A stretch of 53,748 nt of DNA, taken from a virus (taxonomy: Duplodnaviria > Caudoviricetes). The notes under the pieces are model-generated. The model saw only the letters and a list, made by a program, of their open reading frames with translations. It ran no database searches and was not told the origin of the DNA. The position numbers and the translations under genes are program-made. Location of the stretch: positions 1-53,748 of IMG/VR virus record IMGVR_UViG_3300025781_000013; one strand, 5' to 3'. Position 1 is the stretch's first letter; every line of letters starts with the position of its first letter. Of this stretch, positions 31,595 to 40,481 are shown in pieces.

Positions 31595-32796
31595 TAACGC
31601 CACATGATCAATTCTGTGTACTACCCTGGGTCAGTTTGGAGACCAGCCCAATTGGTACAGTGAGACCCTGTTGCTTGGCCGAACACGAGTTGGTCGACAA
31701 TGCCGGAGAAAAATTCAATCTGGCACAGGCCAAATTTACTGCAATACAGGACAGTGACAGCATGCGCAAATTGAGACAGCAGTTTCTGGCCGGTGAACGA
31801 CCTGACACATGCGGCAAGTGCTGGAGAGAAGAGGATGCTGGTCGTACCAGCAAAAGAATGCACACCTTGGACAGACTCAAGCACATGATTCCTGATCAGG
31901 AATGGACCGAGGATGCTAGACCTCTCATGTTTCTGGACCTCAAGTTGGGCAGTATATGTAATCTCAAATGCAGGATCTGTGGGTCATGGAGCTCGAGCAC
32001 ATTCGCCACTGAAGAGCTACAGGCCTTGCCGGTGGACCAACGACGTGGCAGTTTCCATCATAAAATGTTGCGAGCCGGTGCCTGGCCCAGAGAAAATGAA
32101 TCGTTCTGGGCTGAACTGGATCAGGTGTCGGATCAGATACGTTATATTGAATTTACCGGCGGTGAGCCATTCATGATTCAAGAACATTTTGATCTGTTGC
32201 ATGATTTGATTGCGCAGGGCATCGCTGGTCAAATTGAGATACATTACAATACCAATGGTACTCAATGGCCCGAGCAAGGCGAAGAGATCTGGCGCTATTT
32301 CAAAAAAGTTGAGATAGCATTCAGCATAGACGATGTGGGTGCGCGATTTGAATATCAACGATCAAATGCTGTGTGGATCGAAGTCTGTGCCAACATACAA
32401 AAATTCCAGGACATGCGTGATCGGTGTTGTAACATCGAACTTCAGGTGTGTACCACAGTGAATGTGTTCAATGTGTATTATCTGGAAGAAGTGGCCAACT
32501 GGATCATGTTGCAAGGATTTGATTTTGTGTATTGGAACATGATGCATGATGCTCCATATTTCAGCATCAGCACCTTGCCCGATTTGGCCAAACAGGCAAT
32601 CTCGGCACAGTTGAGATCGGCGCAGGTGGACGCTCGCACACGACAAGAATTTGACAATATTGTGGATTTTATGTGTCGTGGAAGCAGTCTAGATGGTTCC
32701 CTATTGCGCATGAAAATTGCCGAGCTTGATCGTAGACGCAATCAGCATTTGAAAAATGTACAACCAGAATTGGCCAGGCTGATCGGCTATGAATAA
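31591..32796 (+). CDS. Radical SAM protein with N-terminal twitch-like domain (4)
   Basis: CNLKCRIC; TGGEP; N-terminal FCVLPW...GTVRPCC...CGKCW. Confidence 0.92.
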   Translation: MITPHDQFCVLPWVSLETSPIGTVRPCCLAEHELVDNAGEKFNLAQAKFTAIQDSDSMRKLRQQFLAGERPDTCGKCWREEDAGRTSKRMHTLDRLKHMIPDQEWTEDARPLMFLDLKLGSICNLKCRICGSWSSSTFATEELQALPVDQRRGSFHHKMLRAGAWPRENESFWAELDQVSDQIRYIEFTGGEPFMIQEHFDLLHDLIAQGIAGQIEIHYNTNGTQWPEQGEEIWRYFKKVEIAFSIDDVGARFEYQRSNAVWIEVCANIQKFQDMRDRCCNIELQVCTTVNVFNVYYLEEVANWIMLQGFDFVYWNMMHDAPYFSISTLPDLAKQAISAQLRSAQVDARTRQEFDNIVDFMCRGSSLDGSLLRMKIAELDRRRNQHLKNVQPELARLIGYE

Positions 32797-33739
32797 ACCA
32801 ACCATGATTGTACCACCGTCTGCTGGATCTTATGTGCTGTATGATTTCTTGAAATCTCAGTTCGACGTGGTGCAATATGATCCCGACACACAATACGACA
32901 AACTGAACTGTTTGGCTCTGGTGGGATTCCGCAACGACCATGACTGGTGGAAACAGTTGTATCAAGACGGGATCAGACTGGTGATTGACAATTTGCACGA
33001 ACCATACGATCATTACAAAACATTTTTTCCGCCACTGGTGGATAATTTCTATCAACTGAACAATATCAATTGGTTCTGGTATGACGAAGCGTTGTCTGAC
33101 CGACAGCATTATGGTTACGTTCCGGCCAAGACTTATAAAAAATTGGCCTTGATGCCCATGAATCAACGCAAACAACACCGTACACGCTTGCACGATGCCA
33201 TGAAACCGTACCTGGCAGACTGCATATACAGTTATGTAGAGTTGGGCATCCGCTTGCCCAATGATTGTGTGGATGATGCTTGTTGGGATCGTTATACAGA
33301 TCCAGACTGGTACAATGACACCTATTTCAGTTTGGTAGCCGAGGCCAATACCGATAGTGTTCCTTATAGATATCCTGTGCAACCATGGCCTTTCATGACC
33401 GAAAAAACCATGAAGCCGTTGTCATATCGTCATCCTTACATGATCTATGGCCAATCTGGTACCTTGGCACATCTGCGTGCGATCGGATTTGAATCTTTTG
33501 AAAATCTGTTCAACGAAAGCTACGATCAAATTGGCAATCCAAAATCCAATCAGCCAGATCCAAAACTGTATTGCATAATGGACAATGTAAAAAACTTTGA
33601 GCGACGACCCTACGATGCATTGACTCTGGGCAAAATCGAGCACAACTATCATCACTTCTTTGATCGTCAATTGATCAGGCAACGAGTTGATGTCGAAATC
33701 GTACAACCATTATTGGACTATGTCAATGGCAAAACCTGA
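32789..33739 (+). CDS. GT-B/GT10-like 'TEK' family protein 4
   Basis: MNQRKQHR; YFSLVAEA...FMTEKTMKP..YRHPYMIYG...LRAIGFESF..LFNESYD...HNY. Confidence 0.55.
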   Translation: MNKPTMIVPPSAGSYVLYDFLKSQFDVVQYDPDTQYDKLNCLALVGFRNDHDWWKQLYQDGIRLVIDNLHEPYDHYKTFFPPLVDNFYQLNNINWFWYDEALSDRQHYGYVPAKTYKKLALMPMNQRKQHRTRLHDAMKPYLADCIYSYVELGIRLPNDCVDDACWDRYTDPDWYNDTYFSLVAEANTDSVPYRYPVQPWPFMTEKTMKPLSYRHPYMIYGQSGTLAHLRAIGFESFENLFNESYDQIGNPKSNQPDPKLYCIMDNVKNFERRPYDALTLGKIEHNYHHFFDRQLIRQRVDVEIVQPLLDYVNGKT

Positions 33740-35018
33740 CACCCTGTGCATGGCACCTTGGACCCACACCTATCTCAGCCCACAGACCGAGCGAAGAATG
33801 TGCTGTGCCAGCCGAGAACCGGCGCAGAGTTTTGAACAGTACATAGACACTGCGACCGGCACCGGCATCTACACTCCGGTCACTCTGGACCAACACTGGA
33901 ACAGCGATCACATGCGATCGGTGCGCAGACGCATGATGGCAGGCGAGACCTTGCCCGAGTGCGAGGTATGCAACGACCGCTTGCTCAATACCGATGTTTA
34001 CCGTAGCTATTTCAATCATCTGTTTGGACATAAGTATTTGGAAGCCATGCAGATGACTGACGCTGACGGCCATACACACATGCAACCGGTCAGCTGGGAT
34101 TATCGTTTTACCAATTTGTGCAATTTCAAATGCCGCATGTGCGGTGACATGTTGTCAAGTGCTTGGGAAAGCGAGCAACGCGAACATGCCATGATAGACT
34201 GGACCAATTCCAAGAACGCTTGGATGCGTCCTGAAACCAAGGAGAAGATTACTGCGTTTCAAGACAGCGTGATTGAAGCTGAATTTAGTCAAGCTGTCGA
34301 GCAACACCGTGTTGAGGAAATATATTGGGTGGGTGGAGAACCACTCATGTATGAACAACACTGGCGCTACATGCAACGCATAATCGAATTAGGTGACGGT
34401 CCCAGAGTCTATGCCAGATACAATACCAATCTCAGCCGATGTCATTATCGCGGCATTGATCTTTTTGACGATATTCTTGCTCATGTTCGAGATTATCAGA
34501 TCTGTGCAAGCCTGGACGGCACGGCGAAAACAGGCGAGTATATTAGAACAGGCCTCCGATACGATTCATGGCTTGCAAATTTCGCTCGAGCAGTTGACCT
34601 CAGACGTCACAGCCGCCAGGTCCGACTTGATTTTACACTCACCTTGCCCGGACTGTTTGAAGTTGAAAACATTGTGCGACTTGCACGCGAACACGACACC
34701 GAAATACTAGCCAAAGTGGTTTTCAGCTTTGGACCCGACATCATACTGAGTCCGCTGGCTCTGCCCAGGGCCCTGTTGGATCGAAAATTGTCAGAACTGA
34801 TACCGGTCACAGACGGAGCCATGCGAGCTGTGCTGGAACAGTTGCAGAATCGTCCCACGTTTGAACAACAATGGCCAGATACCTGGCAGGAATCTCTTGC
34901 AAAAGGCAAGCGGCGTGTGCTACAATTAGAACGTATACGTGGCGACAGCTACAACTTGGCAGATATCTTGGGCCAGGATCCTGACATAAGAAAATGGTAT
35001 GACTCAATCCCCACTTGA
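33726..35018 (+). CDS. Radical SAM protein with N-terminal twitch-like domain (5)
   Basis: CNFKCRMC; VGGEP; N-terminal LCMAPW...RRMCC...CEVCN; ATG 33726 chosen as the likely start. Confidence 0.92.
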   Translation: MAKPDTLCMAPWTHTYLSPQTERRMCCASREPAQSFEQYIDTATGTGIYTPVTLDQHWNSDHMRSVRRRMMAGETLPECEVCNDRLLNTDVYRSYFNHLFGHKYLEAMQMTDADGHTHMQPVSWDYRFTNLCNFKCRMCGDMLSSAWESEQREHAMIDWTNSKNAWMRPETKEKITAFQDSVIEAEFSQAVEQHRVEEIYWVGGEPLMYEQHWRYMQRIIELGDGPRVYARYNTNLSRCHYRGIDLFDDILAHVRDYQICASLDGTAKTGEYIRTGLRYDSWLANFARAVDLRRHSRQVRLDFTLTLPGLFEVENIVRLAREHDTEILAKVVFSFGPDIILSPLALPRALLDRKLSELIPVTDGAMRAVLEQLQNRPTFEQQWPDTWQESLAKGKRRVLQLERIRGDSYNLADILGQDPDIRKWYDSIPT

Positions 35019-36051
35019 CTGTATAGAAATAGATCTGGGCCTGCCCGCCGCACAAGAAACAGTTACTCTGTACCTAGATGTGGCCGACAACAGCCTGAGT
35101 CGCAAATGGTTGCTAGCTCTTGATCATTTGTTATTGAACAATTATCACCTGGAAAAAAATTACTGCTGGTTTGGATTTGCAGATTCGGCACGTAATGGTC
35201 AGTATCTGTGTGATCAGATCAATGCCAGTATTGCGGCTATAAATGCCAGTGGCATAGCATATTCGATACAGGATGTGTTTTATGTAACAGATCTAATAGA
35301 TGGCAATTTTGAGTTAAATCATGATCGATTGAATCGCTTGCACAGATATTTTGAAGATCTGCAAGGGCAGAGCGGTCGTATCAGCGCATACTATTCAGCA
35401 GCTGATGCCAACACACGCTGGCATATCAGACAGTTGAATGGTCTGTGTCATGAATTTGAAAGCTGGGCCTTGAGCTGGAGAAAAAAGCATACCGCCCCTG
35501 AGTGGCAAAGACCCAGCCAGCTGATGTGTTGGCTACAGGCACCCAGATTCAAACTGGAATCAGCAGATCTGGAACTGTTTGGTATAGACACCATCAATCG
35601 ATCGCTGGGCGCAGTGTATGTGGGCGTGAACAAGGCCGTGGGCAAACATCATTGGGAAGTGTTCCAGGATGAAGGACGTGACAGCAGGATAGGCGAATTG
35701 ACCACGACCACCTTGTCCAGTCAGACCGAAGCTGCCGGAGACTTTGATATCGAATGGGCCAACAATCCTGGCGCCTATGAATGGCAAAAGAAACAGCTGG
35801 CTGAGTTTCGTGACTGGTTGATCAGCAACGGACTTGATCCTGAAGATCCTGCACTAACCATTGGTCACCCCCGGGTGGCACAGGTGGATCTGATTCGTAG
35901 TTTTGGCACACAAGATTACAGGAAGATTTGGGCAGTATTAAATACGCATCTGAATGTGTCTGCCATACGCACCAGTACAACACAGGCCGAATATCCTTAC
36001 CATTGGTGGGACATCAACTACAAGGAACTGCAAATACAATGTCTTGGATAA
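34999..36051 (+). CDS. Hypothetical protein in the glycan cluster (350 aa)
   Basis: Long ORF overlapping both neighbours; LNRLHRYFE and LNGLCHEFE paired His motifs; family not recognised. Confidence 0.7.
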   Translation: MTQSPLDCIEIDLGLPAAQETVTLYLDVADNSLSRKWLLALDHLLLNNYHLEKNYCWFGFADSARNGQYLCDQINASIAAINASGIAYSIQDVFYVTDLIDGNFELNHDRLNRLHRYFEDLQGQSGRISAYYSAADANTRWHIRQLNGLCHEFESWALSWRKKHTAPEWQRPSQLMCWLQAPRFKLESADLELFGIDTINRSLGAVYVGVNKAVGKHHWEVFQDEGRDSRIGELTTTTLSSQTEAAGDFDIEWANNPGAYEWQKKQLAEFRDWLISNGLDPEDPALTIGHPRVAQVDLIRSFGTQDYRKIWAVLNTHLNVSAIRTSTTQAEYPYHWWDINYKELQIQCLG

Positions 36052-36140
36052 AAAATATTTACAATCGCATACGACTGGAAATACGCTATCGTCGAAAGCT
36101 TCGGGAATTGCGCAAACGCGATCCATTTATATACAAATGA
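36039..36140 (+). CDS. 33-aa basic peptide MSWIKNIYNRIRLEIRYRRKLRELRKRDPFIYK
   Basis: AAGGA upstream; fills the gap between two genes; TGA overlaps the next ATG (ATGA). Confidence 0.6.
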   Translation: MSWIKNIYNRIRLEIRYRRKLRELRKRDPFIYK

Positions 36141-36781
36141 AAAAACAATTATTAACAGTGGGCGATAGTTATACCTACGGTGACGAACTGACAGATCGAT
36201 ACCAGGCATGGCCTTACCGTTTGGCAGATAGGTTGACTTACGAAGTACAAAATAAGGGACAATCGGGTATCAGTAACACCAGCATACTGAGACGCACACT
36301 AGAGGAATTGGCAATCAACAGTTACGATTTGGTCATTATCGGATGGACCAATCCGGGCAGAATAGAATGGAAAGACGCAATCGGAGTGGCCTACGACATA
36401 TGGCCCGGAGTGGTTATACCAAATAAATTTACAGAAGATCACCCCTGGCGTACAGATTTGATAACATATATCAATCAGCATCACAGTCCGGAATATCTTT
36501 ACGAACAATATTTAATACAAGTAATATCGTTACAGTCATATTTTCAAGCACATGATATAAAATATCGCATGATTGATATTGCATACAAAAACTACTATAG
36601 ACAGGTAGGACAAGAACAACACGATCAACTGTCTCGGTTGATCGACACAGATTATTTTATAGGCTGGGATCAATTTGGCATGAACGAAATTGCCGGTAAA
36701 TCACGGGCCTATGGCGGGCATCCAACCGATGCAGGGCACCAACAAATAGCAAACAAAATTTATGAACATCTTGGGAATTAG
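36137..36781 (+). CDS. SGNH/GDSL-fold protein (putative sugar O-acyl esterase or transferase)
   Basis: ATG 36137; LTVGDSYTYG (block I), NKGQSGISN (block II), C-terminal GGHP..GH. Confidence 0.75.
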   Translation: MKKQLLTVGDSYTYGDELTDRYQAWPYRLADRLTYEVQNKGQSGISNTSILRRTLEELAINSYDLVIIGWTNPGRIEWKDAIGVAYDIWPGVVIPNKFTEDHPWRTDLITYINQHHSPEYLYEQYLIQVISLQSYFQAHDIKYRMIDIAYKNYYRQVGQEQHDQLSRLIDTDYFIGWDQFGMNEIAGKSRAYGGHPTDAGHQQIANKIYEHLGN

Positions 36782-38213
36782 TGCCGGATTCCATGATGCC
36801 ACGGTATCAGTAATCGACGCACAAGGCAAGATCTTGTTTGCCGGACACAGCGAGCGTTATAGCAAACGCAAAAATGATCCTGACATACATGCTGACCTGA
36901 TCCAGGACCTGGCCCGCGGCCGACACATTGACCACATAGCCTATTACGAACGACCGTGGCTCAAACAGATTCGACAGTTCTACAGCGGACAAGGCGTTGA
37001 GTGGTCAAAACTCACAGCGCGACAGATCATGCGAAAACAACTACAGGGTCATTTTCCGGGCGTTCCTGTCAGCACACATGATCATCATCTCAGTCATGCA
37101 GCCGGTGGATTCCAGACCAGCCCATTTGATCGCGCCACTGTGGTCGTGATTGATGCGGTAGGTGAATGGGACACTGCGACCATATGGGCCGCTGACTACG
37201 ATCGTGGTCGTGCTCGATATCGCAGACTGTGGCGACAACGCTATCCGCGCAGTATAGGACTGTTTTACAGTGCCGTGACTGATCGATTGGGCCTGCACCC
37301 CATGGATGAAGAATACATCACCATGGGCATGGCCGCCTGGGGTCAACCCAGATACACAGCCGAGCTGACCAAGTTGACCGATCAAAATCTACATGCAGGT
37401 CTGGATCCAAATTTCCTAGAATCGGCCCGAGATGAGGATATTGCCGCCAGTGCGCAACAAGTTTGCGAAAATATGATATATACGATCATGCGTCAAGCTC
37501 AAGCGTTTGGGTGGAGTTCAAATTTGGTATATTCGGGCGGTGTTGCCCTCAACTGTTTGGCCAATAGGAGATTGGATGAGTACTTTGAAAAGATTTGGAT
37601 CATGCCTTGTCCTGGCGATGGTGGTAGCAGTCTTGGTGCAGCAGCCTTGGCCCACCGAGGAAGAATCCAATTTGAACATGCATACCTGGGTCACATCATT
37701 GACGGCCAGTATCCTGTTGATGCCGTTGTCCACAGTCTACTGGTTGATAGACTCTGTGGTGTTGCATCTGGAGCGGCAGAATTTGGGCCGCGGGCACTGG
37801 GCAACCGAAGTCTCCTCGCGGATCCACGAGGAACGGACATAAAAGATCTGGTCAATGCCATCAAGCGTAGACAACAATTCCGCCCGTTTGCTCCGATTAT
37901 TTTGGCCGAACATGTTGATAGTTATTTTGACATGCCCCAAGGCTGGGTAGATACCGGTTACATGCAGGTCGTGGCACGATGCCTACGTCCTGATCTTTAT
38001 CCTGCCATTGTCCACCGTGATGGAACCAGTCGTGTTCAAACTGTGCCCCCGGGAAATTCGGGCATTAGACGACTGTTAGAAGCTTGGTATAAAGCAACCG
38101 ATTGTCCTCTGCTACTCAACACTAGCCTTAATATACGAGGCGAACCCATGGTCAATGATCGAGCAGATGCTGATCGATTTGAACGCCTGTACAGGATAAA
38201 AGTTTACAGCTGA
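36762..38213 (+). CDS. Carbamoyltransferase, NodU/CmcH/TobZ family
   Basis: ILGISAGFHD, ERYSKRKND, HHLSHAA, VIDAVGE, GGVALNC, GDGGSSLGAA, EFGPRALGNRS, FRPFAP, VHRDGTSRVQTV, LLNTSLN.RGEP. Confidence 0.95.
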   Translation: MNILGISAGFHDATVSVIDAQGKILFAGHSERYSKRKNDPDIHADLIQDLARGRHIDHIAYYERPWLKQIRQFYSGQGVEWSKLTARQIMRKQLQGHFPGVPVSTHDHHLSHAAGGFQTSPFDRATVVVIDAVGEWDTATIWAADYDRGRARYRRLWRQRYPRSIGLFYSAVTDRLGLHPMDEEYITMGMAAWGQPRYTAELTKLTDQNLHAGLDPNFLESARDEDIAASAQQVCENMIYTIMRQAQAFGWSSNLVYSGGVALNCLANRRLDEYFEKIWIMPCPGDGGSSLGAAALAHRGRIQFEHAYLGHIIDGQYPVDAVVHSLLVDRLCGVASGAAEFGPRALGNRSLLADPRGTDIKDLVNAIKRRQQFRPFAPIILAEHVDSYFDMPQGWVDTGYMQVVARCLRPDLYPAIVHRDGTSRVQTVPPGNSGIRRLLEAWYKATDCPLLLNTSLNIRGEPMVNDRADADRFERLYRIKVYS

Positions 38214-39381
38214 GCTCATGCAAGCGATCGTATTTGCTTGACACAAACAAGGCTTGATTGTGCAAGATATCTGGCAAGCACTGTTGATACCATGCGTGTA
38301 GATCAAGACTCAGCAGGTGTTGCACAGTATTCATGGTCCGGATGAATCTTTCTGTATTGTGGTTTTCTGCATCGTACGAGTTATCTAGGTATGTGTCAAA
38401 GGTCCTATAGCCCAATTTTCGCAAGATAGCCAAAGTGCCTGGACAACCAAATATCACAAAAGGATGCGCATTCAATATGGCCTTGAATGTTTTTTCAGTT
38501 ATAAAAGCGCCACCGCTTTGCTCGGCATCGTACAGAGTTTCCATCACAAAACTGCAATAGCTGTCGGAATAAAGATATTCGGCCAAGACCCAATGGCTGT
38601 TGTGTTCTTCGGCAGTGAGATCATCACACCGATAAGGACCACCGGATAAAAACTCTTGCATGCGAGATTCCAGGCCAGCGAAACGACTCAGCTGTATCGG
38701 GTTATCTTCGAATCGATCACCTATAGTGACATCACCGTAGCTCCAGTAGGCCTGTGACAGCAATCCCCGCTGGTGGAATAGACTGACTATGGTGGCACGC
38801 CACCATTTGTGGATACGACTCAGCATGGTGAACTGTCTGCCACGTGGCTGATCGTGTGCCTGGGCTCGTGGACGGTCGTGCCCGTTCCAGCGCACACCGT
38901 TGCGCCAGTAGAACAATTCGTGGTCTGGAAAATATACAAAACGATCCATGCTGTCTGCTTGAGTATTACCTGATACAAATCGATAAGAATCCACACTTAA
39001 CCCGTGCATGGCACATAGGTTATCCAATCGCTCACGTTCTCGAAAAGGATTGTCGCCTTCGTGATAGTAAAACAATATTTTCAACCGGCCAGCCTGTATG
39101 TGGGCCATGGTAGAGGACGGAATCATGGCAAAATAATCGATTGAATAATCAAACCAGGCCAAACCAACTGGATAAAATGCATCGGGCGGTAACGGCTCGT
39201 CCGTATAGCCGACAGCACACGGATACCCATGATCGGCACAGTACAACAACAACCGACAAGGTGCTATACGTGGGTAAGTGTCGCCCATGCCGTGATAGGT
39301 ATCGTGTGGGTTATCCATCATGGGTGCCAGATTGGGATATGGGCGGCTGTCGTTGCGCCGATCAAAAACAAAATTAAACAC
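38152..39381 (-). CDS. GT-B/GT10-like 'TEK' family protein 5
   Basis: LSRIHKWWR; YCSFVMET...FITEKTFKA.LNAHPFVIFG.PG..LRKLGYRTF..LDNSYD...HNQ. Confidence 0.55.
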   Translation of the reverse strand: MFNFVFDRRNDSRPYPNLAPMMDNPHDTYHGMGDTYPRIAPCRLLLYCADHGYPCAVGYTDEPLPPDAFYPVGLAWFDYSIDYFAMIPSSTMAHIQAGRLKILFYYHEGDNPFRERERLDNLCAMHGLSVDSYRFVSGNTQADSMDRFVYFPDHELFYWRNGVRWNGHDRPRAQAHDQPRGRQFTMLSRIHKWWRATIVSLFHQRGLLSQAYWSYGDVTIGDRFEDNPIQLSRFAGLESRMQEFLSGGPYRCDDLTAEEHNSHWVLAEYLYSDSYCSFVMETLYDAEQSGGAFITEKTFKAILNAHPFVIFGCPGTLAILRKLGYRTFDTYLDNSYDAENHNTERFIRTMNTVQHLLSLDLHAWYQQCLPDILHNQALFVSSKYDRLHELSCKLLSCTGVQIDQHLLDH

Positions 39382-40480
39382 TCATGGACTCCAGCATCGC
39401 AGTAAGTTCTTGCCACAACACCGATTCAAATCCGCCTTGATAAAAATGTTGGTAGTTGTGTTCTATGATAGGACGGGCTTGATCGAACAGGGCTTGTTTT
39501 TGGGTCACAGTCATGCAATCCAACTGTTCCAACAGGTCGGCGATTCGTTCAACACGTCGCACATCATCAGTTTCAAGATCATAGCTTTCGTCCCAGAGAT
39601 CTCCAAATGTTTTGAATCCGTAACTGCGCAGATGACGCAGGCTGCCGGCTGTGCCAACTATGATAAATGGCATACGCATGCAAATGGGTTTGAAAGATTT
39701 TTCAGTCAGGTGCAATCTACGACCGGTAGCTACTGTTTCTGTGACCAGATACAACAAGCTGTCGGCACTTTCTTCAAACAGAGTCAACCAGCACGAAGTC
39801 ATGGGTGCATCGGTTTCGTTGGGAAAAGCAATGGGAAATGTTTGTTCAGCAAACACAGTCTCTATGTCTGGATATATGTTGGAAAATTGGCGCACCATGT
39901 CGTGTACACTGACATGTTCGTCTGGACACACTGCCGGACAACTGAACCAGTTGTTGGTCATGCCACGCTTGAAAATGTGATACAGCATGAGCAGGCGGTG
40001 GCGACGGGTGCCGCCAATTATGCGATTGGGCGACAGGAATGTTCGAGTGATGGTACGTTGTTCTGGTGGCGTTATCAAGAATGTGCGGTCGTAGCCACGG
40101 TACCAGTCCAAGCTAGCCCATCCCCAAAAGAAATAGTAATAGCTGGTCCATCTATATAACTTGCACACCTCGGCCACACTGTCACTGTCTTTTTCGCTGG
40201 TGACTATGGATCCAACAGGTACTTGAGAACGACGGTGTATGTCTCGGCTCCTACCTCGCTGTACTTCATCAAAGGTGGCACTGTGTATATCCAAATCAAT
40301 TGGTTGCACATCAAAAAATAATGTATAATTAAGTTCGTATATGTCGGTCCGACCATAATTAATCACACTGCTCGGATCACTTCGTCCAAATGGAGTGCAA
40401 CAAAAAACTCGCATGCCAGGTCGATTTTGTTTTAACCAAGGCCAAACAGTATTGTTATAAATCTCGTCTATTCTAATCAT
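39374..40480 (-). CDS. GT-B/GT10-like 'TEK' family protein 6
   Basis: FLSPNR...RRHR; LYLVTET...HLTEKSFKP..RMPFIIVG.AG..LRSYGFKTF..LWDESYD...HNY. Confidence 0.55.
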   Translation of the reverse strand: MIRIDEIYNNTVWPWLKQNRPGMRVFCCTPFGRSDPSSVINYGRTDIYELNYTLFFDVQPIDLDIHSATFDEVQRGRSRDIHRRSQVPVGSIVTSEKDSDSVAEVCKLYRWTSYYYFFWGWASLDWYRGYDRTFLITPPEQRTITRTFLSPNRIIGGTRRHRLLMLYHIFKRGMTNNWFSCPAVCPDEHVSVHDMVRQFSNIYPDIETVFAEQTFPIAFPNETDAPMTSCWLTLFEESADSLLYLVTETVATGRRLHLTEKSFKPICMRMPFIIVGTAGSLRHLRSYGFKTFGDLWDESYDLETDDVRRVERIADLLEQLDCMTVTQKQALFDQARPIIEHNYQHFYQGGFESVLWQELTAMLESMSV

Positions 40481-40481
40481 T

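Noticed and set aside
25410-35018. Radical SAMs as NrdG, QueE/7-deazaguanine, MoaA or PqqE pathway enzymes
   Set aside because: No nrdD, queC/D, folE, dpdA, moa or pqq genes nearby; 400-470-aa size with an N-terminal Cys domain does not fit
35954-36136. N-terminal extension of the SGNH ORF
   Set aside because: Overlaps two other genes; the GDS motif sits 9 residues after ATG 36137, as expected for a true start
39320-40159. 279-aa plus-strand ORF
   Set aside because: Antisense to TEK-family gene 39374-40480, which has clear paralog motifs
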